From an uncultured virus (IMG/VR IMGVR_UViG_3300044611_001416) (Duplodnaviria; Heunggongvirae; Uroviricota; Caudoviricetes), in IMG/VR virus record IMGVR_UViG_3300044611_001416: DNA of 64,000 nucleotides. The stretch is one strand, 5' to 3'. Numbering within the stretch: the first letter of the stretch is position 1; every line of letters begins with the position of its first letter. Below are positions 9,725 through 18,919 of this stretch, in pieces. Made by a program: the position numbers and the translations under genes. The notes under the pieces are model-generated. The model ran no database searches. It saw nothing but the letters and a program-made list of their open reading frames with translations, and was not told where the DNA came from.

Positions 9725-10759
9725 ATGCCATTACCTAAAATTAAAAAAAACATTCCTTTGACACAGTCAAAAACTCTTTTACCTAGAAGACAGGAATTGG
9801 TTGATAAGATTAATAGGGATGGTACCTATCTCCCTAAATCAATATTACATGCCGACTTGGACGGTGGGTTTTTAAATTTTGTTAAAACAGATTTAAAAAC
9901 TGTTGTTGACGGAAAGGTAATACCTATGGTTGATATTTTAGTTACAACTCAGAATTGGTCTCAATTCACGGAAACTTGGAACATTCAAAATATTGATAAA
10001 AATGTCGAGCCCCCATTCATAACAGTTGTTCGTATTCCTGAAGTTAAGTTTGGAACTAATCCCGCAACACTATACAATATTCCTAATAGAAAACAATATT
10101 TCTACGCACAAGTACCTACTTGGGACGGACAAAGACACGGAGCGGACATTTATAAAATACCACAACCTGTACCTGTTGATATAACATATAATGTTAAGAT
10201 AGTATGTAATAGAATGAGAGAACTAAACAGTTTCAATAAAAATGTAATTGAGATGTTTGCGTCAAAACAAGCCTATACTGTGATTAAAGGACATTATATT
10301 CCAATAGTAATGGGTAATATTAGTGATGAATCGGTATTTGATTTGGAAAAAAGAAAATATTATGTACAAAGTTATGAATTTATATTACTTGGTTTTTTAA
10401 TTGATGAAGATGAGTTTGAAGTTTCTCCAGCAATTTCAAGAGTATTACAAGTTGTTGAGTTTGAAACACAGACAACAAGAAAACAACCAAAAAAACTTTC
10501 AAACCCCGCAAGTACAACTTTAGATGTTTTATTTGTCGTTGGAAATAATATTATTACACAAATTTTTGATTATACTGTTGACCTAAATTTAGGTGAAACC
10601 GATAATGTTGAATCGTTTGAGGTGTACATTAATAACGACTATTATGGCTCTGATATTGAACAAATTCAAATAAACACTAACGACACTCTTAAATTAATTA
10701 TTGTTAAAAATGATGACACAAAAGACAGTATAATTAAGCTCAATAATCTATTGGTTTAA
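9725..10759 (+). CDS. Tail completion / sheath terminator protein (T4 gp15-like)
   Basis: PVPVDITYNVKI motif and position just before the sheath gene. Confidence 0.55.
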   Translation: MPLPKIKKNIPLTQSKTLLPRRQELVDKINRDGTYLPKSILHADLDGGFLNFVKTDLKTVVDGKVIPMVDILVTTQNWSQFTETWNIQNIDKNVEPPFITVVRIPEVKFGTNPATLYNIPNRKQYFYAQVPTWDGQRHGADIYKIPQPVPVDITYNVKIVCNRMRELNSFNKNVIEMFASKQAYTVIKGHYIPIVMGNISDESVFDLEKRKYYVQSYEFILLGFLIDEDEFEVSPAISRVLQVVEFETQTTRKQPKKLSNPASTTLDVLFVVGNNIITQIFDYTVDLNLGETDNVESFEVYINNDYYGSDIEQIQINTNDTLKLIIVKNDDTKDSIIKLNNLLV

Positions 10760-10920
10760 TTCTCTCCGTATATATCGGGTTTTCCTTTACATTTCTCAAC
10801 AATAAGTCTTTCTAAGAAACGATACATCTTTATCCCTCTTTTTTCACAATAGGTCTTTAAGATATCATGAGCTTCAATCGATATCTTTAAATTCTTTATT
10901 TTTTTTTCGTTGTTATCCAT
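10756..10920 (-). CDS. Small ribbon-helix-helix-like DNA-binding protein (not in ORF track)
   Basis: 54 aa MDNNEKKIKNLKISIEAHDILKTYCEKRGIKMYRFLERLIVEKCKGKPDIYGEN; strand-helix-helix pattern; own TATTTAT motif at 10955-10961 (-). Confidence 0.7.
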   Translation of the reverse strand: MDNNEKKIKNLKISIEAHDILKTYCEKRGIKMYRFLERLIVEKCKGKPDIYGEN

Positions 10921-10968
10921 GGTAGAAAAAAGGCAGAATTTATTCTCCCTAATAATAAATACTTATAG

Positions 10969-11005
10969 GAAAGTAAAGTGTTTTGGTTTTTTTTATAATA
11001 TTTAT
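10969..11005 (+). promoter_or_regulatory. Bipartite element GAAAGTAAAG-N20-TATTTAT upstream of sheath gene
   Basis: Same boxes and spacing as at 15303-15339. Confidence 0.6.
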
Positions 11006-11040
11006 CAATAAAATAAATTAATTAAGAAAACACAAGACTA

Positions 11041-14000
11041 ATGGCAACAAACAGTAAAGTATTTGTATCACCTGGAGTGTATACTTCTGAAGTCGATTTA
11101 AGTTTCGTAGCACAGAGTGTAGGGGTTACTACACTAGGTATTGTAGGGGAGACATTAAAAGGTCCAGCCTTCGAACCTATTTTTATTACAAACTTCGACG
11201 AATTCTCAACTTACTTTGGGGGAAGTTCTCCCGAAAAATTCATAAATACTCAAATACCAAAATATGAAGCGGCGTATATCGCTAAATCTTATTTACAACA
11301 ATCTAACCAATTGTTTGTTACAAGAATATTAGGTTTATCAGGGTATGATGCGGGTCCATCATGGACAATAACAACTAAAGCAAACGTAGACCCAGCAACA
11401 GTAGATTTCTATTGTGAAAGTGCTACTACGGTTAACTGTATTGACACATGTGTTGATTATAAAGTAGTTGACTTTGCAATTGATTTCTCAGGTTGTAATA
11501 ACAGTTTTGGTTCAATATCATTTATTAACCCAACACAAATTCCGGCAGAAATTGCTGAAAAATTAGACATTCCTTACGAATTGTTTGATGGAAGTTTATC
11601 AACTGTTCGTACAAACATGACTAACCAAATTTTTGATATTCTAAACGAACCGTCTTCAGAAAACACCTCTATTTATTATTACGGACCAATTTCAGGAGAA
11701 ACTTACGAAGCGTTTAGTCCTATCTTTACTGCAGAAACAAATGTATATGGTGTTAATAATGTTGACGCTAACCTTATTGATTACGCGGCACCAGAAAATG
11801 ACCCTTGGTATTATAGTTTATTTGATAATCTTGGTAGTGCGGCATATAGTGGATATTCATTTTGGTCTATTGTCACAGGTTTGACTTTAACACCACCTGT
11901 TATAACAACGACAACAACATTACCAGGAACAACAACAACAACAACAACAAATCCTTGTATTACACCAACCCCAATATCAACAACAACTACAACAACTGCT
12001 GCACCTGTTAATTGTTATACAGGAACTTTAATTGGTAGAATTTATGTGTTTTCAGGAACTGCGTTTACTGATTATGATGATTTAGTAATTGCAACACTTC
12101 GTTCAAGAGGTTTGGCGACATACTCAACAGATGATGGACCTGTTTATGAGGTTAGCGGATTAACAGATGTTACTATGGATTGTTTAGGTGCATATTCAGG
12201 TGTAACTAAAAATCCATACGCAACATTTGGTATTAATATTACAAATAAAGATGGTAACACGTATTTCTTTGAAACATCATTCCAAAATTCTGACCCTAAG
12301 TATTTACCAAAAGTATTTGGTTCATCTAACTTTGCAAAACCAAGAACAGTAGTTCCTTTATTTGTTGAAGAAAGATTCCAAGCTTTATTAAACTACGGAT
12401 GGAGAAAAGGGTTTATTAGAGGTTTAAGTTGTAACTTAACAGCTTTACCTAACGCAAGACAAGGTTCTGACCCTACATCAATCGCTTGGTATTTAGAACA
12501 ATATCAATCACCAACATCACCGTGGGTAGTATCGGAATTAAGAGGTAACAAAGTTTACAACTTATTTAAATTTACAACAATTGCTGATGGTGAGGCGGCT
12601 AACACGGAGGTTAAAATTTCAATAGCAAATATTTCATTTAACAATGGAACATTTGACGTATTAGTTAGAGATTTCTTTGATTCGGACTCAAGTCCAGTTG
12701 TTATTGAAAAATTCACTAACTGTAATATGGACCCTAATGATAATGCGTTCATTGCGAAGAAAATTGGCACTATTGACGGTGAGTATGAATTGAATTCTAA
12801 ATACGTTATGATTGAACTTAATGAAGACGCACCAATTGACGCATTACCTTGTGGATTCTTAGGATTTAATTTTAGAGAATATGCGGGTGTTAGACCTCCA
12901 TTCCCAATTATTAAACAAAAATATGATTTTCCAGGTGAGGTAGTATATAATCCACCATTTGGTTTATCTTCAGGAGCTGACGATATTACAAGAAGTAATG
13001 GTGATAATGTACGTAGAACTTATTTAGGTATTTCTGATACTATAGGTATTGACGTTGATTACTACTATTACAAAGGTAAACAACTTCCTTTAGATATTTG
13101 TAGTGATTCTACGGGTGAAGATTGGAACTTTAGAAGTAGAGGATTCCATATGGATATTGATGCAAGTGGTATTACTATAGCTAATGCATTTGTAACAAGT
13201 GGAACCCCAGCATTCTATTGTGGTAGTGCACCGTTTACTAAAGACCCTGATACAGAAGCTAACCCTTACTACAGAATTTTTGCTCGTAAGTTCTCATTCT
13301 TAGTACAAGGAGGATTTGACGGATGGGATATCTATAGAGAACATAGAACAAACAGTGATAGATTCGTATTAGGTAGAAATGGATACTTAAAAGGTTCATG
13401 TCCATCAATCAAATATCCTACGGCGACAGGTTGGGGAGCATTTAAACAAATTACGGTTGGAGATAACACACAAGGTTACGCTAACACCGATTACTACGCT
13501 TACTTATTAGGACAAAAAACTTTTGTTAATCCTGAAGCGGTTAATATTAATTTATTTGTTACACCTGGTGTCGATTATGTAAATCATTCTGACTTAGTTG
13601 GAAGTGCGGTTGATATGATTGAAAATGATAGAGCTGACTCACTTTATGTTTGTACAACTCCTGACTTCAACATGTTTGTTCCAACAACAACTAATACGCA
13701 GGATTTAATTTATCCACAAGAAGCTGTTGATAATTTAGACACTGCAGGAATAGACTCTAACTATACCGCAACTTACTACCCATGGGTATTAACAAGAGAT
13801 ACTGTAAACAACACACAAATCTATCTACCTGCAACTGCTGAGGTTACAAGAAACTTAGCTTTAACAGATAACATAGCATTCCCTTGGTTTGCCGCGGCGG
13901 GTTACACAAGAGGTATTGTAAATGCTATTAAAGCACGTAAGAAGTTAACACAAGAAGATAGAGATACTTTATATCAAGGTCGTCTTAACCCAATTGCAAC

Positions 14001-14376
14001 CTTCTCTGATGTTGGAACTGTAATTTGGGGTAATAAAACACTACAAGTTAGACAATCAGCTCTTGATAGAATTAACGTAAGAAGATTATTACTTCAAGCT
14101 CGTAAATTAATTTCTGCGGTGTCTGTAAGATTACTGTTTGAACAAAACGACCAAAAAGTAAGACAAGATTTCTTAGATGCGGTTAACCCTATATTAGACG
14201 CAATCAGAAGAGACAGAGGTTTATACGATTTCCGTGTAACAGTTTCTTCAGATGCTGCTGACTTAGATAGAAACCAAATGACGGGTAAAATCTACGTTAA
14301 ACCTACAAAGTCGTTAGAATTTATAGACATTACGTTCTATATTACTCCAACAGGTGCATCTTTTGAGAACATCTAA
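11041..14376 (+). CDS. Contractile tail sheath protein
   Basis: N-terminal VSPGVYTSEVDLS; C-terminal PWFAAAGYTRG, VIWGNKTLQ, DRINVRRLLL, KPTKSLEFI. Confidence 0.93.
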   Translation: MATNSKVFVSPGVYTSEVDLSFVAQSVGVTTLGIVGETLKGPAFEPIFITNFDEFSTYFGGSSPEKFINTQIPKYEAAYIAKSYLQQSNQLFVTRILGLSGYDAGPSWTITTKANVDPATVDFYCESATTVNCIDTCVDYKVVDFAIDFSGCNNSFGSISFINPTQIPAEIAEKLDIPYELFDGSLSTVRTNMTNQIFDILNEPSSENTSIYYYGPISGETYEAFSPIFTAETNVYGVNNVDANLIDYAAPENDPWYYSLFDNLGSAAYSGYSFWSIVTGLTLTPPVITTTTTLPGTTTTTTTNPCITPTPISTTTTTTAAPVNCYTGTLIGRIYVFSGTAFTDYDDLVIATLRSRGLATYSTDDGPVYEVSGLTDVTMDCLGAYSGVTKNPYATFGINITNKDGNTYFFETSFQNSDPKYLPKVFGSSNFAKPRTVVPLFVEERFQALLNYGWRKGFIRGLSCNLTALPNARQGSDPTSIAWYLEQYQSPTSPWVVSELRGNKVYNLFKFTTIADGEAANTEVKISIANISFNNGTFDVLVRDFFDSDSSPVVIEKFTNCNMDPNDNAFIAKKIGTIDGEYELNSKYVMIELNEDAPIDALPCGFLGFNFREYAGVRPPFPIIKQKYDFPGEVVYNPPFGLSSGADDITRSNGDNVRRTYLGISDTIGIDVDYYYYKGKQLPLDICSDSTGEDWNFRSRGFHMDIDASGITIANAFVTSGTPAFYCGSAPFTKDPDTEANPYYRIFARKFSFLVQGGFDGWDIYREHRTNSDRFVLGRNGYLKGSCPSIKYPTATGWGAFKQITVGDNTQGYANTDYYAYLLGQKTFVNPEAVNINLFVTPGVDYVNHSDLVGSAVDMIENDRADSLYVCTTPDFNMFVPTTTNTQDLIYPQEAVDNLDTAGIDSNYTATYYPWVLTRDTVNNTQIYLPATAEVTRNLALTDNIAFPWFAAAGYTRGIVNAIKARKKLTQEDRDTLYQGRLNPIATFSDVGTVIWGNKTLQVRQSALDRINVRRLLLQARKLISAVSVRLLFEQNDQKVRQDFLDAVNPILDAIRRDRGLYDFRVTVSSDAADLDRNQMTGKIYVKPTKSLEFIDITFYITPTGASFENI
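11890..12006 (+). repeat. (ACA)n-rich tract encoding a poly-Thr/Pro insertion in the sheath
   Basis: TPPVITTTTTLPGTTTTTTTNPCITPTPISTTTTTTAAP. Confidence 0.85.
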
Positions 14377-14387
14377 AATAAAATAAC

Positions 14388-14418
14388 AAACAAGTCGACA
14401 TAAAACCTCGGCTTGTTT
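14388..14418 (+). terminator. Hairpin after sheath gene (terminator or stabiliser)
   Basis: AAACAAGTCGA-cataaaacc-TCGGCTTGTTT, 11-bp stem with one G-U pair; weak U tail. Confidence 0.5.
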
Positions 14419-14433
14419 AGCCAAATAGTGAAA

Positions 14434-15255
14434 ATGATAAATAGAAAAAGAATAGTAGAAGGTATTGATGAAGAGGGAACACCTGACATGAAATACTATT
14501 CATTTGATTGGGATGACAACATACTGATAATGCCAACTAAGATTATCTTAAAAGATGAGGACGGTAATAATTTTGGTATGTCAACTGAGGATTTTGCGGA
14601 ATATAGAACAGACATAGGTGAGGAACCGTTTGAATATGAAGGACATACTATTGTAGGGTTTAGTGATGAACCATTTAAATATTTTGGGGTTGATGGAGAT
14701 AAACAATTTATTGTTGACTCAATGTTAGCTAAACAAGGTCCTGCTTGGCCTGATTTTGTGGAGGCGTTAAATAACGGGTCTATTTTTTCTATCGTTACCG
14801 CTAGAGGTCACACCCCTTCGGTAATTAAAGAGGCGGTATACAACCTAATTGTTTCAAATAAAAATGGAATTAACTCAGACGAGTTAGTTAAGAACTTAGA
14901 AAAATTTCGACACATTGCCGATGAGGGTGATTTAAATAAACGTGAAATAATTCGTGAATATTTAGACCTTTGTAGATTTTATCCTGTGAGTTATGGAGAA
15001 GGCTCGGCAACAAATCCCGAAGAAGGAAAAATTAAAGCTTTAAAAGAATTTGTTCAGTATATTAAAGAAGTTTCTGAACAAATTAAGAAGAAAGCGTATT
15101 TAAAGAATAAAATAACTAATAACTTTTTACCTATAATTGGTTTTTCAGATGATGATTTAAGAAATGTGGAAAAAGTTAAAAGTCATTTTGAAAATGAGCC
15201 AGATAATATAATTAAGACTTATTCTACTGCAGGAGGAATTAAAAAAGAATATTAA
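14434..15255 (+). CDS. HAD-superfamily phosphatase-like protein
   Basis: Motif I FDWDDN, motif II VTARG, a Lys (EEGKIK), motif IV GFSDDD; ATG 14434 chosen because the TTG at 14413 lies inside the hairpin. Confidence 0.7.
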   Translation: MINRKRIVEGIDEEGTPDMKYYSFDWDDNILIMPTKIILKDEDGNNFGMSTEDFAEYRTDIGEEPFEYEGHTIVGFSDEPFKYFGVDGDKQFIVDSMLAKQGPAWPDFVEALNNGSIFSIVTARGHTPSVIKEAVYNLIVSNKNGINSDELVKNLEKFRHIADEGDLNKREIIREYLDLCRFYPVSYGEGSATNPEEGKIKALKEFVQYIKEVSEQIKKKAYLKNKITNNFLPIIGFSDDDLRNVEKVKSHFENEPDNIIKTYSTAGGIKKEY

Positions 15256-15302
15256 TAAATAAAACTAGATACTTATATGCTAAGAATAATTTTTTAAATC
15301 TT

Positions 15303-15340
15303 GAAAGTAAAGATAAAAAATTTATTTGGAGATATTTATA
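15303..15340 (+). promoter_or_regulatory. Bipartite element GAAAGTAAAG-N20-TATTTATA upstream of tube gene
   Basis: Same boxes and spacing as before the sheath gene. Confidence 0.6.
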
Positions 15341-15380
15341 GAAAACAAAATAAACACAAAATAACAAAAAAAGAAAGAAA

Positions 15381-15869
15381 ATGGCTGATTTATTGATGAA
15401 AATGCCGATACCGTATGAACCAAAAAGACAAAACAGGTTCATTCTTCGGTTCCCAACAACATTGGGTATTAACGAATGGTTCGTTGAATCTACGTCAAGA
15501 CCACATATAACTATAAACCCTGTTGAGATTCCCTTCTTAAACACTTCAACCTATGTTGCAGGTCGTTTTACTTGGGGAACTCTTAACGTTAAATTCCGTG
15601 ACCCTATTGGTCCGTCTGCGTCTCAAGCTCTTATGGAGTGGGTACGTCTATGTGCTGAATCAGTGACAGGTCGTATGGGTTATGCCGCAGGATACAAAAA
15701 GAACGTCGATTTAGAAATGTTAGACCCAACTGGTGTTGTTGTTGAGAAATGGATTTTAGAGGGAACATTCTTATCGGATGTTAACTTTGACTCATTGGCT
15801 TATAATACAGACGCTTTAGCAAGTATCACAGCTACAATGCGAATGGACCGTTGTATATTAGTTTATTGA
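15381..15869 (+). CDS. Tail tube protein (T4 gp19-like)
   Basis: EPKRQNRF, YVAGRFTW, LMEWVR, GRMGYAAGYKK, LDPTGVVVEKWILEG; size and context. Confidence 0.85.
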   Translation: MADLLMKMPIPYEPKRQNRFILRFPTTLGINEWFVESTSRPHITINPVEIPFLNTSTYVAGRFTWGTLNVKFRDPIGPSASQALMEWVRLCAESVTGRMGYAAGYKKNVDLEMLDPTGVVVEKWILEGTFLSDVNFDSLAYNTDALASITATMRMDRCILVY

Positions 15870-15906
15870 TTTTTAACTATTAAAATATTTCAGTCAAAAT
15901 ATATTT

Positions 15907-15938
15907 AAATCCACATGCTTAGGTATGTGGATTTTTTT
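15907..15938 (+). terminator. Rho-independent terminator
   Basis: AAATCCACATGC-ttag-GTATGTGGATTT followed by a T run. Confidence 0.8.
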
Positions 15939-15994
15939 GTTTCTATTTAAAAAAAAAGAAATTACTGTATATTTTATTATAAAAGACAAACAAT

Positions 15995-16753
15995 ATGGAC
16001 CAAAGTATCATTGACGCAGGAACGGAGAGTTTTAACTTACCTCACGATATAGTACAACTACCTTCAGGTGGTGTATTTTATAAATCAAAAAAGAAATCAA
16101 TTAAAGTCGGTTACTTGACCGCAAATGACGAAAACGCTTTGATGGGGGCAACACAAATGAGTAATGATAATATCATTATGACTTTATTACGTAGTAAAAT
16201 TTATGAACACGATTTAAGACCTGAAGAATTATTGGACGGTGATATTGAGGCTATTCTTATTTTCTTACGTAACACTTCATTTGGCCCTGAATATAAAATA
16301 TCTGTAACTGACCCCAAAACAAGTAAACCTTTTTCACATACAGTAGTATTGGATGAGTTAAACATTAAAAAAACACAACACCAACCTGACGAAAATGGTG
16401 TTTTTACAACAACATTACCGAAATCAGGAGTTTCGGTTAAATTAAAACCATTAAGTTTTGCTGAAACAACTGAAATCAGTAAAATGGCTGACCAATATCC
16501 TGTAGGACGAACGGCGCCAGTCATTACTTGGAGACTAGCAAAACAAATTATTGAAATTAACGGGAATGATTCCAAGGAACAAATTTCAAATTTCGTTAAC
16601 TCAATGCCAATTATGGATTCTAAGTATATCCGTAATTTTATTAGAGAAAATCAACCTTCATTAGATTTAGTAAAATCAGTAAAAGCCCCTTCAGGAGACT
16701 TGGTATCTTTCGAGATTACCTTTGGGGTGGAGTTTTTTCGGCCTTTCTTCTAA
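15995..16753 (+). CDS. Tail/baseplate hub assembly chaperone (T4 gp26-like)
   Basis: VQLPSGG, YLTANDEN, LIFLRNTSFGPEY, terminal FGVEFFRPFF; lies between tube and tape measure. Confidence 0.7.
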   Translation: MDQSIIDAGTESFNLPHDIVQLPSGGVFYKSKKKSIKVGYLTANDENALMGATQMSNDNIIMTLLRSKIYEHDLRPEELLDGDIEAILIFLRNTSFGPEYKISVTDPKTSKPFSHTVVLDELNIKKTQHQPDENGVFTTTLPKSGVSVKLKPLSFAETTEISKMADQYPVGRTAPVITWRLAKQIIEINGNDSKEQISNFVNSMPIMDSKYIRNFIRENQPSLDLVKSVKAPSGDLVSFEITFGVEFFRPFF

Positions 16754-16898
16754 TCACAAACAATTTTTAATTGAGGAGTATTATTTTTTGGCGAGATTTA
16801 TAAGATTATCTTATACTGAATTTCACATTATGCCAACTTATATGCGAAAGTACCTAATCGATAGAATTATTGAGGACAATACACCTAAAAACGGTTAG
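16737..16898 (+). CDS. Small chaperone-like ORF in the +1 frame (gp51/GT-like), possibly reached by frameshift
   Basis: FGLSSNHKQFLIEEYYFLARFIRLSYTEFHIMPTYMRKYLIDRIIEDNTPKNG*; fills the gap before the tape measure gene. Confidence 0.65.
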   Translation, partial: FGLSSNHKQFLIEEYYFLARFIRLSYTEFHIMPTYMRKYLIDRIIEDNTPKNG

Positions 16899-16942
16899 TA
16901 AAATTGTTTTTGGTGTATTTATACATATATAATATTTAAACT

Positions 16943-18880
16943 ATGGCAGGACCTGAAGATAACGAACTTGGCGGTGACTTTTTAAGTAAAGTCCAAGGAG
17001 CCCTCGAACAGAGTGTTGGTAGAATTACCGACGCTTTGGCAACTAATTTACGTGCTGGTGATATTGCGAAACAAATTCAAGAAATTGATGATAAAGCGAC
17101 AACCATTGTTAAATCTTTTGGTCAAGGTCGTGAAAACATTGTTAATTTAAAGGCCGCTATGGCCGATGCGGCCTCTGAAGTTGAACGAATGGGGGGTAGT
17201 TTTGATAATATTGTCACTATCCAAAAAGACGTTGCCGAAGCATTAGGCAGAAATTTAATACTAACATCAAGTTCTTATAAAGATTTATATGCAACTGCCG
17301 AAGTTACAGGTGAATCCGCAAAAACCCTTGTCACTAATTTTAAAGCTGCGGGTATGTCCGTATACCAAGTGGCGGGTGAAATGAATAAAGTTGTTAATGT
17401 TGCTAGAGAGTCAGGTGTTAACGCTCAGGCGGTTAGTAAAGAGGTTCTTTCAAACATGACCGCATTAAATCAATTTAATTTTGCGGGTGGTGTTACAGGT
17501 TTGGCTAAGATGGCGGCCCAAGCGTCGTTATTAAGAGTTGATATGAATAGGACTCTTACATTGGCGGATGACTTATTTAGTCCTGATAAGGCAATTGAAT
17601 TAGCGGCATCTATGCAAAGATTAGGTGTTGCAAATTCTGAATTATTAGACCCTTTACGTTTAATGGATATGGCTCAGAATGACCCCGCTGAACTTCAAAA
17701 CCAAATCTCAAAAATGAGTGAACAGTTTGTTCAATTGGGTGAGGACGGTAAGTTTGAAATTATGCCAGGTGCTAAAAGACAATTAATGGAGGTTGAAAAG
17801 TCTTTGGGTATGAATAAAGGTGAATTAGCTAAAATGGCGTTAGCAAGTGCTGAGGTTGCGGATAAAATGCAAAAAATTAAATTCCCGTCAAGTTTTACTG
17901 AAGAAGAAAAAGGGTTAATTGCGGGTATGGCCGAAATGGGTGCTGGTGGAGAGTATAAAATTCAATTAGGTGACGAAGAATTAGGTATTAATGAAGCAAT
18001 TGAAAAACTACAAAAAGACCCTGACCAAATGAAGGCTCTTAAAGAAATGGCTCAACCAAAAACTATGGAGGATTTAGCCAAAGACCAACTAACAATTTCA
18101 AAATCTATGGATAAGTCGTTAGAGTCTATTGCCAATAGAACAGGACGAGCATTGGCTGGTAGTAAAATTGCTAATCAAGCCTTAGAAGCTCCAAAACTAT
18201 TATACGATGCGGGAGCTGAAGCCTTATCTGGGGATAAATTAAGTAGTAGAAATATTAGAAGTGGTTTAGGTTCAGGGGCAGAAGAAGTTTTAGGTTCAAT
18301 TAACAAGATATTTAAAGGTGAAGGTTCTTTAAGTGATACTTTTAATGTGGTTAAAGATAGTATGTCAACTAGTGCCAAATTTGTAGACGGAGCTTGGTCT
18401 CAGGCATTAGATAAGGGGGCCGCAGCGGCATCAAATTTGGCAAAAGAACAAAACATTTTTCTTGAAATGTTACAAAATGGTAGTAAAAAATTAGGTAATG
18501 CTTTTATGACTTCCGAAAATATACCCACAACAACTGCGAAAGATATGTTAAAGTTACCTGGTCAAAATGTTGAATTTTTACCTGAAGATACCTTAGCGTC
18601 GTTCACTAAAGGTAAGGATGTTTTATCTGCGTTAATGGGTTCTAATAATAGAAACGAACCCCCAACACAAAGAATGACCGATTCAGGGCCTGTTAATATT
18701 AATTTAAACATAACCGCACCTTCAAATATTGATACTTCTCAACTTATGTTAGCCTTTGAAAATTCAGGAGTTAAAGAAGCCATGGTTACTGCGGTTACTA
18801 AAGGTCGATATAATAATGGATTAACCGCCCCAACATCTAATCAAACACAATTGATGGAAATGGCAAGTATGAGAGTCTAA
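16943..18880 (+). CDS. Tape measure protein
   Basis: 645 aa, Ala/Met/Gln-rich helical composition, directly after the chaperone pair. Confidence 0.7.
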   Translation: MAGPEDNELGGDFLSKVQGALEQSVGRITDALATNLRAGDIAKQIQEIDDKATTIVKSFGQGRENIVNLKAAMADAASEVERMGGSFDNIVTIQKDVAEALGRNLILTSSSYKDLYATAEVTGESAKTLVTNFKAAGMSVYQVAGEMNKVVNVARESGVNAQAVSKEVLSNMTALNQFNFAGGVTGLAKMAAQASLLRVDMNRTLTLADDLFSPDKAIELAASMQRLGVANSELLDPLRLMDMAQNDPAELQNQISKMSEQFVQLGEDGKFEIMPGAKRQLMEVEKSLGMNKGELAKMALASAEVADKMQKIKFPSSFTEEEKGLIAGMAEMGAGGEYKIQLGDEELGINEAIEKLQKDPDQMKALKEMAQPKTMEDLAKDQLTISKSMDKSLESIANRTGRALAGSKIANQALEAPKLLYDAGAEALSGDKLSSRNIRSGLGSGAEEVLGSINKIFKGEGSLSDTFNVVKDSMSTSAKFVDGAWSQALDKGAAAASNLAKEQNIFLEMLQNGSKKLGNAFMTSENIPTTTAKDMLKLPGQNVEFLPEDTLASFTKGKDVLSALMGSNNRNEPPTQRMTDSGPVNINLNITAPSNIDTSQLMLAFENSGVKEAMVTAVTKGRYNNGLTAPTSNQTQLMEMASMRV

Positions 18881-18919
18881 AAATAAACATAATGTCTATT
18901 TATAATAAAATTATAGAAA

